Below the pieces are notes generated by a model that did no database searches, was not told the origin of the DNA, and saw only the letters and a list, made by a program, of their open reading frames with translations. A stretch of DNA of 63,138 bases, filler included, from Octopus bimaculoides (Eukaryota), in NCBI RefSeq assembly GCF_001194135.2. It is 10 parts of 9 records of this genome, joined end to end, with 100 filler letters (N's around TTAATTAATTAA, not from the genome) between each part and the next. Parts side by side here need not be neighbours in the genome. Positions count along the whole stretch, not along the records: positions 1 to 10,696 come from NC_069008.1; positions 10,797 to 19,459 come from NC_068986.1; 8 more parts are not named here. The stretch is one strand, 5' to 3'. Below are positions 1 to 12,109 of this stretch, in pieces (the stretch's first letter is position 1; every line of letters begins with the position of its first letter). The position numbers and the translations under genes were made by a program.

Positions 1-84
1 TATGCCTATATATATATATATATGAATACATATATATGCCTATATATACACACATATATATATATATAGGTGCCTATATATACG

Positions 85-127
<43 letters not shown>

Positions 128-449
128 GTACATAGACACATCTATGTATACACAAAGTATGTGTTTGTGTATTTGTGTATATTTGTGCGTATGTTCACAT
201 ATATGTGCAGATGAATATGTATGCAAACATATATATACACATAAATATGTATGTATGTATGAATTATGTATGTATATGTACGTTTGGAAGAATATAAATA
301 TACATAAATTAATAATCATGTATCGATGCTTATATATATATATATATAGATATAGATATAGATAAAATATATGTATATAGATTTTAAATATATATATATG
401 CATATATATATATAAAATATGTATATAGATTTTATATATCTATCTCTAT

Positions 450-480
<31 letters not shown>

Positions 481-540
481 TACTCACATATACATACATA
501 TATACACTATATGTATGTATGTATTTATATGTGTGGAAAT
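1..540. repeat. (TA)n/(CA)n compound microsatellite
   Basis: Direct reading; the YI/TH-rich ORFs here are artefacts. Confidence 0.95.
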
Positions 541-624
541 GTCTGCGCCTGGCGCACAGAATGGCTCTTACATGAGTAAAATCGGCGTTAGAAAATTACT
601 ATCATTATTATTAGTAGCAGTAGC

Positions 625-811
625 AGCAGCAGTGGTAGTAGTAGTCGTAGTAGTTTAGCATTAAGGTGGTGACGTTTTGTATTATTGATATGTACCTCAT
701 TTGTCTGCTAATTGACCGTAGCAACCTTACGGCTGTCGTTGTGGTGGTGGTTGTTGTGGTTGAGGTGGTAGTGTTGCTGGCGGTGACGTCTTTAGCAGTG
801 GTGACGCTTCT

Positions 812-844
<33 letters not shown>

Positions 845-2160
845 ATGTTGTTGTTTGGTGGTGGTGGTGGTGGTAGTGTTTTAGTTGTTTTTTTTTGTTG
901 GTGGGGGTGGTATCAGCTTGGTTGTTGTTGTTGTTTGGGTAGTAGTGTAGTTGGTNNNNNNNNNNNNNNNNNNNNNNNNNNNNNNNNNNNNNNNNNNNNN
1001 NNNNNNNNNNNNNNNNNNNNNNNNNNNNNNNNNNNNNNNNNNNNNNNNNNNNNNNNNNNNNNNNNNNNNNNNNNNNNNNNNNNNNNNNNNNNNNNNNNNN
1101 NNNNNNNNNNNNNNNNNNNNNNNNNNNNNNNNNNNNNNNNNNNNNNNNNNNNNNNNNNNNNNNNNNNNNNNNNNNNNNNNNNNNNNNNNNNNNNNNNNNN
1201 NNNNNNNNNNNNNNNNNNNNNNNNNNNNNNNNNNNNNNNNNNNNNNNNNNNNNNNNNNNNNNNNNNNNNNNNNNNNNNNNNNNNNNNNNNNNNNNNNNNN
1301 NNNNNNNNNNNNNNNNNNNNNNNNNNNNNNNNNNNNNNNNNNNNNNNNNNNNNNNNNNNNNNNNNNNNNNNNNNNNNNNNNNNNNNNNNNNNNNNNNNNN
1401 NNNNNNNNNNNNNNNNNNNNNNNNNNNNNNNNNNNNNNNNNNNNNNNNNNNNNNNNNNNNNNNNNNNNNNNNNNNNNNNNNNNNNNNNNNNNNNNNNNNN
1501 NNNNNNNNNNNNNNNNNNNNNNNNGTGGTGGTAGTTGTGGTGGTGGTGGTGGTGTTAATGGTTGCTGTGATAGTTGTGGTGGTGGTGGTGGTGGTGGTAG
1601 TAGTTGTGGTAGTTGTGGTGGTGGTGTTAATGGTTGATGCGAAAGTTGTAGTGGTGGTAGTTGTTGCGGTGATAGTTGTGGTGGTGGTGGTGTTAATGGT
1701 GGATGTGATAGTTGCAGGGGTGGTAGTTGTAGCGCTGATAGCTGTGGTTGTGGTGGTGGTAGTTAATGGCATTGGTGGTAGTACCGTTAATGTTTTTTGC
1801 AGTTTAGGTAGTAGTGGCCATGCTGACAATGGTAGTTGTTGTTGTTGGTAGTAGTAGTAATTATGATAGTTTTGGCGGTAGTTCTAGTGGTAGTGGTGGT
1901 GGTATTATTCTTGGAAACGTTAGCACCATATCTTTTGTAGGAATTACGATTGTTGTTGTTACTGTTGTTTTTGTAGTAATTATTGTTCTCACTCTTCTTC
2001 GTGTTAAAGTCTGCAGAGGTGCTGCTGCAGTTGCTGCTGCAGTTTCTGCTGCAGTTGCTGCTGCTGCTGTTGTTGTTGATTTATTTCCTGCTATTGTTTT
2101 TTCTTGTTGTTGTTATTATTGTCATAATCATAGACGCTAGCCTCATTGCTGTTGCTGTCG
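625..2160. repeat. Degenerate trinucleotide microsatellite (GTG/GTA/GTT/GCT)n spanning a gap
   Basis: Direct reading; poly-V/T/G ORFs. Confidence 0.9.
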
Positions 2161-2279
2161 TTAGAGCTACTGCTGTTGTTTTCGTTCTTATTATTCCTGG
2201 CTGCTCTCTCTCTAATTTGGCCTAAATTTCAGTTGACCTTCTCCGCCTTCCATTACCCCCACCCATGACCATTATCCCC

Positions 2280-2705
2280 CCCTTCACTCTCTCTTTCTTT
2301 CTCTCTATCTTTGTCTCTCTCTCGCTCTCTGTCAGACTTTATCACTCTACTTCTATTTGTCTCTCTTCTCTTTCTCCTCTCTCTCGCTCTCTCAGTCTCT
2401 CTCTCTCTCTCCCTGCGTCATTCTTTAACACAATATGAAAAAACTTATAAATGCACTGTTACGTACATAAACACACACACATGCATATATACACATATAT
2501 ACACCCACAGACATACATGCCGGCATACATACATTCGTACATACACACATGCATACATAAAACTCATCACATATATACATGCCACACAGTTTTGTCATAC
2601 TTCGTTCAGAATTACATACAGGCATACATATACACAATCGAGAGTAGAGAAACGCAGATACATGTGTGCGTGTATATGTGTAAATATATGTGTACTTATA
2701 TATAA

Positions 2706-2736
<31 letters not shown>

Positions 2737-2790
2737 CCCACATATAAATGTATCCATACACACGCTTATATATATGTATATATATGAATG

Positions 2791-2831
<41 letters not shown>

Positions 2832-2832
2832 T
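2280..2832. repeat. (CT)n followed by (CA/TA)n microsatellite
   Basis: Direct reading. Confidence 0.9.
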
Positions 2833-3733
2833 NNNNNNNNNNNNNNNNNNNNNNNNNNNNNNNNNNNNNNNNNNNNNNNNNNNNNNNNNNNNNNNNNNNN
2901 NNNNNNNNNNNNNNNNNNNNNNNNNNNNNNNNNNNNNNNNNNNNNNNNNNNNNNNNNNNNNNNNNNNNNNNNNNNNNNNNNNNNNNNNNNNNNNNNNNNN
3001 NNNNNNNNNNNNNNNNNNNNNNNNNNNNNNNNNNNNNNNNNNNNNNNNNNNNNNNNNNNNNNNNNNNNNNNNNNNNNNNNNNNNNNNNNNNNNNNNNNNN
3101 NNNNNNNNNNNNNNNNNNNNNNNNNNNNNNNNNNNNNNNNNNNNNNNNNNNNNNNNNNNNNNNNNNNNNNNNNNNNNNNNNNNNNNNNNNNNNNNNNNNN
3201 NNNNNNNNNNNNNNNNNNNNNNNNNNNNNNNNNNNNNNNNNNNNNNNNNNNNNNNNNNNNNNNNNNNNNNNNNNNNNNNNNNNNNNNNNNNNNNNNNNNN
3301 NNNNNNNNNNNNNNNNNNNNNNNNNNNNNNNNNNNNNNNNNNNNNNNNNNNNNNNNNNNNNNNNNNNNNNNNNNNNNNNNNNNNNNNNNNNNNNNNNNNN
3401 NNNNNNNNNNNNNNNNNNNNNNNNNNNNNNNNNNNNNNNNNNNNNNNNNNNNNNNNNNNNNNNNNNNNNNNNNNNNNNNNNNNNNNNNNNNNNNNNNNNN
3501 NNNNNNNNNNNNNNNNNNNNNNNNNNNNNNNNNNNNNNNNNNNNNNNNNNNNNNNNNNNNNNNNNNNNNNNNNNNNNNNNNNNNNNNNNNNNNNNNNNNN
3601 NNNNNNNNNNNNNNNNNNNNNNNNNNNNNNNNNNNNNNNNNNNNNNNNNNNNNNNNNNNNNNNNNNNNNNNNNNNNNNNNNNNNNNNNNNNNNNNNNNNN
3701 NNNNNNNNNNNNNNNNNNNNNNNNNNNNNNNNA

Positions 3734-3830
3734 TACTGGCGGTGGTGGCGTTTTTGCCCCAGGTCTGTCGTAATGAGCCTGATCTAGGATCAAAACCTAT
3801 GCCCGCTCTCATTCGAAAGCAAGACATCTA
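3734..3830 (+). mobile_element. Fragment of dispersed repeat family B (SINE-like)
   Basis: Near-identical to 5236-5325 (gtcgtaatgagcctgatcta..gatcaaa.cctatgcccgc); related to 5420-5490, 7770-7810 and 40690-40760. Confidence 0.6.
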
Positions 3831-3861
3831 AATTTCTCAGGGGTTTCCCCCCCCCCACCTT

Positions 3862-4160
3862 TTACAACACCGCATCCTTTACTGCCCGCAACTTTCGCTG
3901 GACCTTAGCCTTGCATTCTTCGAAATCTTTCTCAAGCTCATCCCGTTCACGTCCCGGCACGGAACTGGAAAGACGCTCGTCAAGTGCCACGTTCTTTCGT
4001 GCCAACAACATTGTCACTACTCCTTGGTTTCTCTGAAACTAGTTCTGGTGTTTTCCTTCAATAAATCTCAGCGCAAAGAAAGCGGCTTCATTGAGCTGTT
4101 TACTAAAACTTGCAAATAGATCACCATTGGGATTTATATCGATCGCTTAAACTGCTTCTT
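3862..4160 (-). mobile_element. Decayed RTE-clade LINE ORF2 linker fragment
   Basis: Minus frame GKHQN*FQRNQGVVTMLLARKN...CKAKVQRKLRAVKD resembles the RTE KHQDWF...KVQ..LR..K linker also seen at 12909-13270. Confidence 0.55.
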
Positions 4161-4184
4161 GGTATATTCTCTCTGTCTATCCAC

Positions 4185-4285
4185 TTATCTATCAATCTTT
4201 ACCTATCTATGTGTCTAACCATCTATCTATCTATTTATCTATCAACTTGTCTATCCATCTATCTATCTATTTATCTATCAACTTG

Positions 4286-4354
<69 letters not shown>

Positions 4355-4404
4355 TTATCTATCTACTTGTCTGTTTATCTATTTATCTATCTATTTGTCT
4401 GTCA

Positions 4405-4436
<32 letters not shown>

Positions 4437-4475
4437 CTATCTATCTATCTATCTATCTATCTGTCTCTATCTATC

Positions 4476-4534
<59 letters not shown>

Positions 4535-4721
4535 ATTCATCCATCTACCTACCTTTCTATCTCTCTCTCCTCTCTCTCTCTCTATTTATCTATCTATCTC
4601 GCTGTCTCTCACTCTCTCTATCCATCTACCCATCTATCTGTCTTTCTGTCTATGTACCCGTCAATCCGTCTGTCTGATGTCTGTCTCTGTCTGTCTGTCT
4701 ATCTGTCTCTGTCTGTCTGTC

Positions 4722-4752
<31 letters not shown>

Positions 4753-4900
4753 TTGTATGTCTCTCTCCGTCTGTCTCTCTCCGTCTGTCTCTGTCTGTCT
4801 CTCTCTGTTTGTTTCTGTCTATTTCTGTCTGTCTCTCTCTGTCTGTCTGTCTCTGTCTGTCTGTCTGTCTCTCTGTCTCTCTGTGTCTGTCTCTCTCTAC
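4185..4900. repeat. (ATCT)n grading into (CTGT)n/(CT)n microsatellite
   Basis: Direct reading. Confidence 0.95.
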
Positions 4901-5235
4901 CTATCCAACATCCACACGCACAACGTGTACCCTGTCTAGTAAATAACTATGCCGAGATGACATCGATCTAGCCACTCCCCATCTCTCGACCACCACCACC
5001 TCCATCAACACCACACGTCTCACCACACTCCACCGCCCGCAACACATTCCACCACACCAACACCAACTGTACAGCGCTTACGGTACTAAAACACCATTCC
5101 CATCACAAATCATCCACGATTGGTTGACGGCGTTTTTATTTTATTCCTAAACCAAATCCATCGCGTTTATGTCGTCTGCATGTATGGCGGCCATTGTTGA
5201 TCATAACGTTGGTAGTGTTAATGTTGATGTTATAG

Positions 5236-5530
5236 ATACTGGTGGTGGTGGCGGCGTTTTTGCCCCAGGCAAAATCTCATTCGGTCGTAATGAGCCTGAT
5301 CTAAGATCAAAGCCTATGCCCGCCATGACAGTTCCGACATTTAATGAGACATAGTGTATCTCGGAACACATTATCTAATGTATCCATCCTTGTTTTGCAT
5401 TTGTTTTCTTTGTTGTTGTTGTTATTCAACCCTAGGTCATCACTGATCCAGCAGATCTGTGATCAAAGATTTTTACAACTGTGGCCATCAGACATAGTGT
5501 ATCTAGGACTTCATTATCTAATGTGTCTAT
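5236..5530 (+). mobile_element. Two tandem partial copies of repeat family B
   Basis: Repeated gacatagtgtatct.gga...cattatctaatgt near 5349 and 5491, each preceded by a gatct..gatcaaag motif. Confidence 0.55.
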
Positions 5531-5721
5531 AGCACGCCGGACGAAATGCTTGGCGGTATTTCTTCTGTCTTCACGTTCGGAGTTATAATTCCGCCGAGGT
5601 CAACTTTGCCTTTCATCCTTTCGGAGTCGATAAAATAAGTACCAGTGGGGTCGATTAAAATAAGTAATACTGGGGTCGATTAAATCGACTAGCCCCTCCC
5701 CCCAAAATTTCAGTCCTTGTG
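5531..5721 (+). mobile_element. tRNA-derived SINE family A, 5'-truncated
   Basis: agcacgccgg.cgaaatgctt..ccgccgaggtcaactttgcctttcatcctttcgg..tcgataaa core shared with about 12 other copies in the window. Confidence 0.85.
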
Positions 5722-5989
5722 TGTCAAAACCACAAAAAAGACACATTTTAGTTTTTTTATTTTGGCAAGAGTGGATGGTACCTCTCTAAGTGTAGACCTG
5801 TGAGTCGGAGAGAAGAAATTGGAGAGGGCACTTGCTCAAAGGGTTTCAGGAGAATCTCGGACAGTGAGGTTCCCCGATTATCCCGAGAGGCGTTTCTGCA
5901 CCAGGAGGGCAAGATCTTTATCATCTCCCCACTTTCTGTCTATCTACCCGTCCATCCGTCTGTCTGATGTCAATTTATCTATCTATCTG

Positions 5990-6024
<35 letters not shown>

Positions 6025-6109
6025 GTCCGTCTACTTACCTGCCTACCTATCCAAAAGCCACACGCACAACGTGTACCCTATCCAGTAACCAACTATGCCA
6101 AGACGACAT

Positions 6110-6240
6110 TGAGGTGAATTATTCAAACCCCAATGAATTCCTTTCAACACATGGCTATGATGCTCTTCTACTACTTCTGCTCCTGATCAGAGATGCTCAT
6201 ATCGTCAGCCAATAAGGGACATACTCAACTGGTTAGGTCA
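6110..6240 (-). mobile_element. Fragment of the same family as 18586-19062
   Basis: Reverse complement aligns to 18720-18850 (tgacc.taaccagttg...ggggtttgaataattcacctc). Confidence 0.8.
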
Positions 6241-6565
6241 TGTGATTACATAGAAGCTCCCTCACCAACCTGTGTGGCCCCTTTTTTAAAGTCAAGTGAC
6301 TATATAGACTCTCCCTCACAGGTTTGTTTGTCTGACCCCTGTTTTGAAGACAGTAGGGAACGTTACATTAAGGACGAGAGACTATTTAGAAAGCCCTCTC
6401 ACTGGTTCATGTGGGCCCTATTTTACAGATACTAAGGAGCTTGTTTGGGTTACCCTTAAAGATTGTTCGCGATACCCTTAAAGCCAAGAATTTTCAGTAC
6501 CCCTTCGGTGAAGCTGTCTCACTTGTTCATGTGGTCCCTATTTTACGGGTAGTAAGGAACTTGTT

Positions 6566-6766
6566 GGGGTGCTGAAAAGTTCCCGGAATATGCAGGAGGA
6601 TCAGTTATAATTTTATTGAACACATTCCCCTCCCAGATTCAAACACTTATTGTAGCTATGGTCCTTCAGTTTTCATAATCCCTGTAAACGAACTTCGAAG
6701 GTTGGGCCTCCAATTAGGCCTTTCGCGATACCCTTAAAGCTAAGAATTTTCAGCAAGCCCTTCGTA
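6566..6766 (-). mobile_element. Mariner-derived MITE-like element
   Basis: Imperfect TIRs ggggtgctgaaaagttc / aagaattttcagcaagccc ending at cttcgTA; minus strand gives GIMKLKDHSYNKCLNLGGECVQ* (one frameshift), like the mariner C-terminus GI.KL..R..KC....GEYVE*. Confidence 0.65.
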
Positions 6767-7089
6767 GAAGCTGTTCCACTGGTTCATGTGGTCTCTAATT
6801 TAAAGAGAACATAGAGTTTGTTAAATAAAGGGCAAGCAACTGCATAGAAACTCCCTGATTGGTGCATGTCTCTCGTAGAAAGACGGGAGAGACGCTGTTG
6901 AGGGACGGCTTTGGCTGTTATATTCAGCAAGGTCATATGATATGACTCCTTAGACCGCTATCTCGTTGGTTTTGGTTTATAAGATGAAGATTTTTCGATA
7001 GATGCGATGTTGTTTCCGCAGACGTTGAGAAAATGAGTCGAGTCTGGAATCGCTTAATATAAAGATCTTTGATCTTGACATTGATTGTT

Positions 7090-7745
7090 GGTAGTGATTG
7101 ATGATGATTGGTGCCGGTGATGGCGCTATTGGTATTGGAGTTGCCATTCGTGCTGCTGTTGTTGTTGTTGTTGTTGTTTTTAATGGTTGTGGCTGTGGTG
7201 ATGTTGGTGTTATTGGTGTTGCCGGAGGTGGTGGTCGTGTTGGGACTGTAAATATTGGCGTTGTTGTTGTTGTTGTTGTTGTCATTGTTGCTCTTGTTGT
7301 TATTGGTGTTGTTGTTATTTGTGATGATGATGATGGTGGTGGTGGTGGTGATGGCGATTATGTGATGTTAGTGGCGGTAGTATGGGTGGTGGTAGTGGTC
7401 GTGATAAAATGTGCTGTTCTTGCTGGTGGTGGTGGTGGTGGTAGCGGCGGCGGCGAAGATGGTGGTGGTGGTGGTTGTAATGATGGTACAGCTGCTNNNN
7501 NNNNNNNNNNNNNNNNNNNNNNNNNNNNNNNNNNNNNNNNNNNNNNNNNNNNNNNNNNNNNNNNNNNNNNNNNNNNNNNNNNNNNNNNNNNNNNNNNNNN
7601 NNNNNNNNNNNNNNNNNNNGTGGTGGTGGTCGTCGTCGTTGTGATTATGACGGTGATGAAATACTGGTTGGGGTGGTAGTAGTAGTAGTGGTGATTGGTC
7701 ATTGTTTGGGATGTAGTGTTATTCTTGTGCAGGTGGTGGTGATGT
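7090..7745. repeat. (GTT/GGT/GAT)n degenerate trinucleotide tract
   Basis: Direct reading. Confidence 0.9.
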
Positions 7746-7769
7746 ACCTAAAGGTCAGCCATGTTGCTG

Positions 7770-7935
7770 CACAAAGATTCTCAACGGCATTCCAACCGTG
7801 ACCATCCCAAGCCATCCATTTTTCTTGGGCAGTAAACCCAGGGTGACAATACGCAGAGTAGGTTTTAGGCGTCAGTTCAGGGAGGTTTGGCTGCTATTTC
7901 TAACAGGTCTACCTACCATGTAAAGGGCGCCCTTG
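7770..7935 (+). mobile_element. Repeat family B, 3' portion (source-like copy for the downstream tandem array)
   Basis: ggcattccaaccgtgaccatccc followed by gggaggtttggctgctatttctaacaggtctacctaccatgta, the same motif as the array unit. Confidence 0.6.
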
Positions 7936-8019
7936 AATCACACATACATGTGTGTGTGTGTATGCATGTATGCATATATATGTATATATATATGCCTGTA
8001 TGTCTGCGCGTATGTATGC

Positions 8020-8051
<32 letters not shown>

Positions 8052-8419
8052 GTATATGTGTGTGTGTGTGTGTGTGTGAGCATGTATGCATATATATGTG
8101 TGTGTGTGTGTGTGTGAGCATGTATGCATATATATATATATATATATATATATNNNNNNNNNNNNNNNNNNNNNNNNNNNNNNNNNNNNNNNNNNNNNNN
8201 NNNNNNNNNNNNNNNNNNNNNNNNNNNNNNNNNNNNNNNNNNNNNNNNNNNNNNNNNNNNNNNNNNNNNNNNNNNNNNNNNNNNNNNNNNNNNNNNNNNN
8301 NTGTGTGTGTGTGTGTGTGTGAGCATGTATGCATATATATGTGTGTGTGTGTGTGTGTGAGCATGTATGCACATATGTGTATACGTGTGTGTGTACTTAT
8401 GCATGCATGTATGTATATA

Positions 8420-10135
8420 CATGTGTATGTACAGTTAGAGGGAAATTTGATTGTTATATCTATCAGGTCTATCTACCATGTGGATGTCTCCCTCATTGGC
8501 TCATACATAATGCTTACATACATATACATACATAGACACATATAACCGAAAGGAGTGATTTGCGGGAGATTTAGCTGTTATTTCTAAATAGGTCTCGCTA
8601 CCACGTATGAGTCGCCCTCGTCGGCTTATACATATATACGTACATAAGACAGAAGGGTGTGATTTGAGGGAGATTTGGCCACTATTTCTATTAAATCTGT
8701 CTACCATGTGGAGTTTTCATTTATTGGTACATGCATACATAAGACAAGGTGTGATGTGAGGGAGATTTGGCTGCCGTTTCTAAATGGGTGTAGCTGCTTC
8801 ATTTTTTGAGTTGCGTGAGATATTAGTTGCTATTTCTAGCACGTCTAGCTACCATGTAGAGGTCTCCCTCATAAACTCATACATACATATATATACGTAC
8901 ATAAAACAGTAGGGTGTGATTTGAGGGAGATTTGGCTGCTATTTCTAAACGGGTGTAGCTACCCTGTAATGATCTCCCTCACTGGCTCATAAAAACAGAA
9001 GACTGTGAGTTGAGTGAAATATTGGTTGCTATTTCTAGCAGATCTGACTGCTATGTAGAGGTTTCCCGCATTAGTTCATACACATAAAACAGTAGGGTGT
9101 GATCCGAGAGAGATTTGGTTGCTATTTCTGCTAGGTCTCATACATATATACATACATAAGACATTAGGATGTGATTTGAGGGAGATTTTGGCTGCTATTT
9201 CTAGCAGGTCTATCTACCTCATAGAGGTCTCCCTCGTCGGCTCTCACATATATACATACATAAGACATTAGGATGTGATTTGAGGGAGATTTTGACTGCT
9301 ATTTCTAGCAGGTCTATCTACCTCGTAGAGGTCTCCCTCGTCGGCCCTCACATATATACATACATAAGACATTAGGATGTGATTTGAGGGAGATTTTGGC
9401 TGCTATTTCTAGCAGGTCTAGCAACCACATAGAAGTCGCCCTCGTCGGCTCATACATATATACATACATAAGACATTAGGATGTGATTTGAGGGAGATTT
9501 TGGCTGCTATTTCTAGCAGGTCTATCTACCTCATAGAGGTCTCCCTCGTCGGCTCATACATATATACATACATAAGACATTAGGATGTGGTTTGAGGGTG
9601 ATTTTGGCTGCTATTTCTAGCAGGTCTAGCTACCACAGAGGTCGCCCTCGTCGGCTCATACATATAGACATACATAAGACATTAGGATGAGATTTGAGGG
9701 AGATTTTGGCTGCTATTTCTAGCTGATCTAGTTACCATGTAGAGGTCTACCTCATAAACTCATACATATATACATAAGAGAGTAGGGTGTGATTTAAGGG
9801 CGATTTGGCTGCTATTTCTAGCAGACCTATCTACTACATAGAGGTATCCCTCATTTGGCTCACACATACATATATACATACATAAGAGAGTAGGGTGTGA
9901 TTTGAGATATTTTGAATTCTATTTCTAGCAGATTTAGCTACCACATAGAGGTCACCCTCGTCGGCCCATACATACATAAGAGAATAGGGTGTGGTTTCAG
10001 AGATTTGGCTGCTATTTCTACCAGATCTAGCTACCATGTAGAGGTTTCCCTCGTTGGCTCATATATACATACATAAGACAGTTGGTTGTGATTCGGCTAC
10101 TGTTACTGCCAGATCTAGCTACCACAAATAGGTCC
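8420..10135 (+). repeat. Tandem array of about 18 units, 104-bp period in the homogeneous core
   Basis: acattagg starts at 9161, 9265, 9369, 9473, 9577, 9679; unit = taggatgtgatttgagggagattttggctgctatttctagcaggtct..ctac...tagaggtctccctcgtcggctc + (CATA/TA)n. Confidence 0.95.
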
Positions 10136-10179
10136 AGTTGGTTCGCTTTGGAGGAGTCGGGGCTATTTCTGGGACCGTG

Positions 10180-10696
10180 GTGTTTGCGATTGTAGTAGTA
10201 GTAGTAGTAGTAGTTTGTGGTGGTTGCAGTTGCGATAGTTGTGGCTGTAGTTTTCACACTAGCTGTATTGGTAGAAGATCAGTGGTTGGTTGTTGTAGTA
10301 TAAGCTGTAGTAGAAGTAGTGCCCTGTTTGTGGCGGTTGTAGTTGTGTTGGCAATAGTTTAGGTAGTAGTAGTAGGGATGATAGTGGTTTGAGTAGTAGT
10401 AGGGGTGGTGGTGGTGATGGTGGTAGTAGTAGTGGTGGTGATGGTGGTGGTAGTAGTAGGGGTGATAGTTTGGGTAGTAGTGGTGGTGATAGTGGTAGTT
10501 TTTTTTTAAGTGTTAGCGCTGACTGCGGCAGTAAGTGTGGTAGTTTTTCGCTGTGTGGGCACGAGCTGTTGTGGTAGTTGTGGCTGCGGCGTTAAGTGTA
10601 GGTGCTAGTATTGGTATCTCTAACGCGTGTTGCGGCTATAGTATTATTGGTATCTGGCAGAACAGCAACAACAGCAGCAGTATCGATATTAGCAGC
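10180..10696. repeat. (GTA/GTG)n degenerate trinucleotide tract
   Basis: Direct reading. Confidence 0.85.
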
Positions 10697-10796
10697 NNNN
10701 NNNNNNNNNNNNNNNNNNNNNNNNNNNNNNNNNNNNNNNNTTAATTAATTAANNNNNNNNNNNNNNNNNNNNNNNNNNNNNNNNNNNNNNNNNNNN
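10697..10796. other. Unsized assembly gap spacer (44 N + TTAATTAATTAA + 44 N)
   Basis: Same 12-mer at 10741, 19504, 23351, 34784, 41449, 47314, 57045, 60506 and 61963; stops in all six frames. Confidence 0.95.
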
Positions 10797-10845
<49 letters not shown>

Positions 10846-10856
10846 ATATATATATA

Positions 10857-11850
10857 CAGGGTACGGTCGGTATTTGAGGACAGATTTATGGTTTTAAAGA
10901 AACGCTTATATAATAACAGAAAAGAACTGTACTTTTATAAAAATAAAATAAAGAAAGCTATATTATCAATTTAATATTTTCATTCAATAAAACTACCATA
11001 AACCTCAATAATTGCCTCTGCGTGGGGTCGAAATCATTTACACGCTCGGATTAAGTGGTTTTTGTCCATATCGGACATGACTCGAACTATGGCGGTTTTC
11101 AAAGAACCTTTGGTGCTATGGGGTATTCATTGACATTTTTGTCAGCGATGCTCCATACACAAGTAGTCCAGTGAATTGAGATCTGGAGAATAAGGAGGCC
11201 AAATGTTGGGGGTGATGTGATCATGCAAATTGTCAGTCATCCATTCTTGTGCCATTTGAACCTTGTGTGATAGTGTAGAACCTTGTTGAAAGACATAAGG
11301 CCCTCCATTGCATGCACTGTTGATCCAAGGCTTAACAACTTTATCCAGAACCTCAATATACGCAGCAGCATTCACCCTAAGGGCTTGTGAGGTGGCATCA
11401 CATGTCCTTCATTGTTAACAACACCCAAATCATGACACTTGCAGGAAATTCTGTGGGCATTACTCTTGGAACCTCAGAAGGGTCTGCACATAGCCATCTG
11501 TCATTTCCTCTGTTAGTTTTCTGGTCCTGGTCAAAGTTTTTCTCATCTGCGAAAAACCAAATCACACCATCTTCTGATGGATTTTAAAGTTTGCTCAAAA
11601 GTCTTTTGGATCTGATTAAATGTTTTTTTTTCTGACATGAATTGATCTCTCCTCATCACGTAAGATTTCTAGTTGATGTCTTCATGCACAAAATTTCTGA
11701 TTGTTTTTCTGACAAACGAAATTTTTTTTATTGCAATTGACCTCATTGATTTTCCTGAATTATCTTCAATGTTTTGTTTAACTTCCTGAATAAATTCAGG
11801 TGTCCTGATAGAATCAGAGCGTTAGGAATGTTTTTTACGTTTTGATGCAG
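10857..11850 (-). mobile_element. Decayed Tc1/mariner-superfamily DD37D (maT-type) transposon
   Basis: Minus strand WFFADEKNFDQDQKTNRGNDRWL, FPASVM, GVVNNEGHVMPPH, YVFQQG (second D mutated to G), then 37 residues to SPDLNSLD; left end TA|CAGGGT at 10855-10862; stops and frameshifts. Confidence 0.85.
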
Positions 11851-12109
11851 GTAATAATCGCATGCGCATAAGTGCAATTCCGTGAAATATTCACGCTTAT
11901 TCACGTGGCAGACATATGCAATTTAACTAAAGGTTGTATAAAATGTACAGGATATGTTTACGTTTGCGGTAAAAATGGAAAAATAAGAGTGAATATTTAT
12001 TTTATGAGTGCTGTGTATTAAGTCTATAAAATTGTGCATGAAGTATATAATGCGTATGTATAAAGTGCATTAAGTTATCATCGTATTCCAATTTCTTTCA
12101 ATTTTCAAT

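Noticed and set aside
36-3831. Long ORFs rich in YI, TH, V, T, LS or X (here and throughout the ORF track)
   Set aside because: Translations of microsatellites and N runs
8420-10135. CRISPR-like repeat-spacer array or tandem hammerhead array
   Set aside because: Spacers are (CATA/TA)n rather than unique sequence, no cas genes, eukaryotic context; neither strand has a CUGANGA...GAAA core with correct pairing (the minus-strand ccgacgag...gaaa does not close stem II)
10741-10752. Recurrent TTAATTAATTAA palindrome (nine copies)
   Set aside because: Always centred in 44 N + 44 N; an assembly gap spacer, not biology
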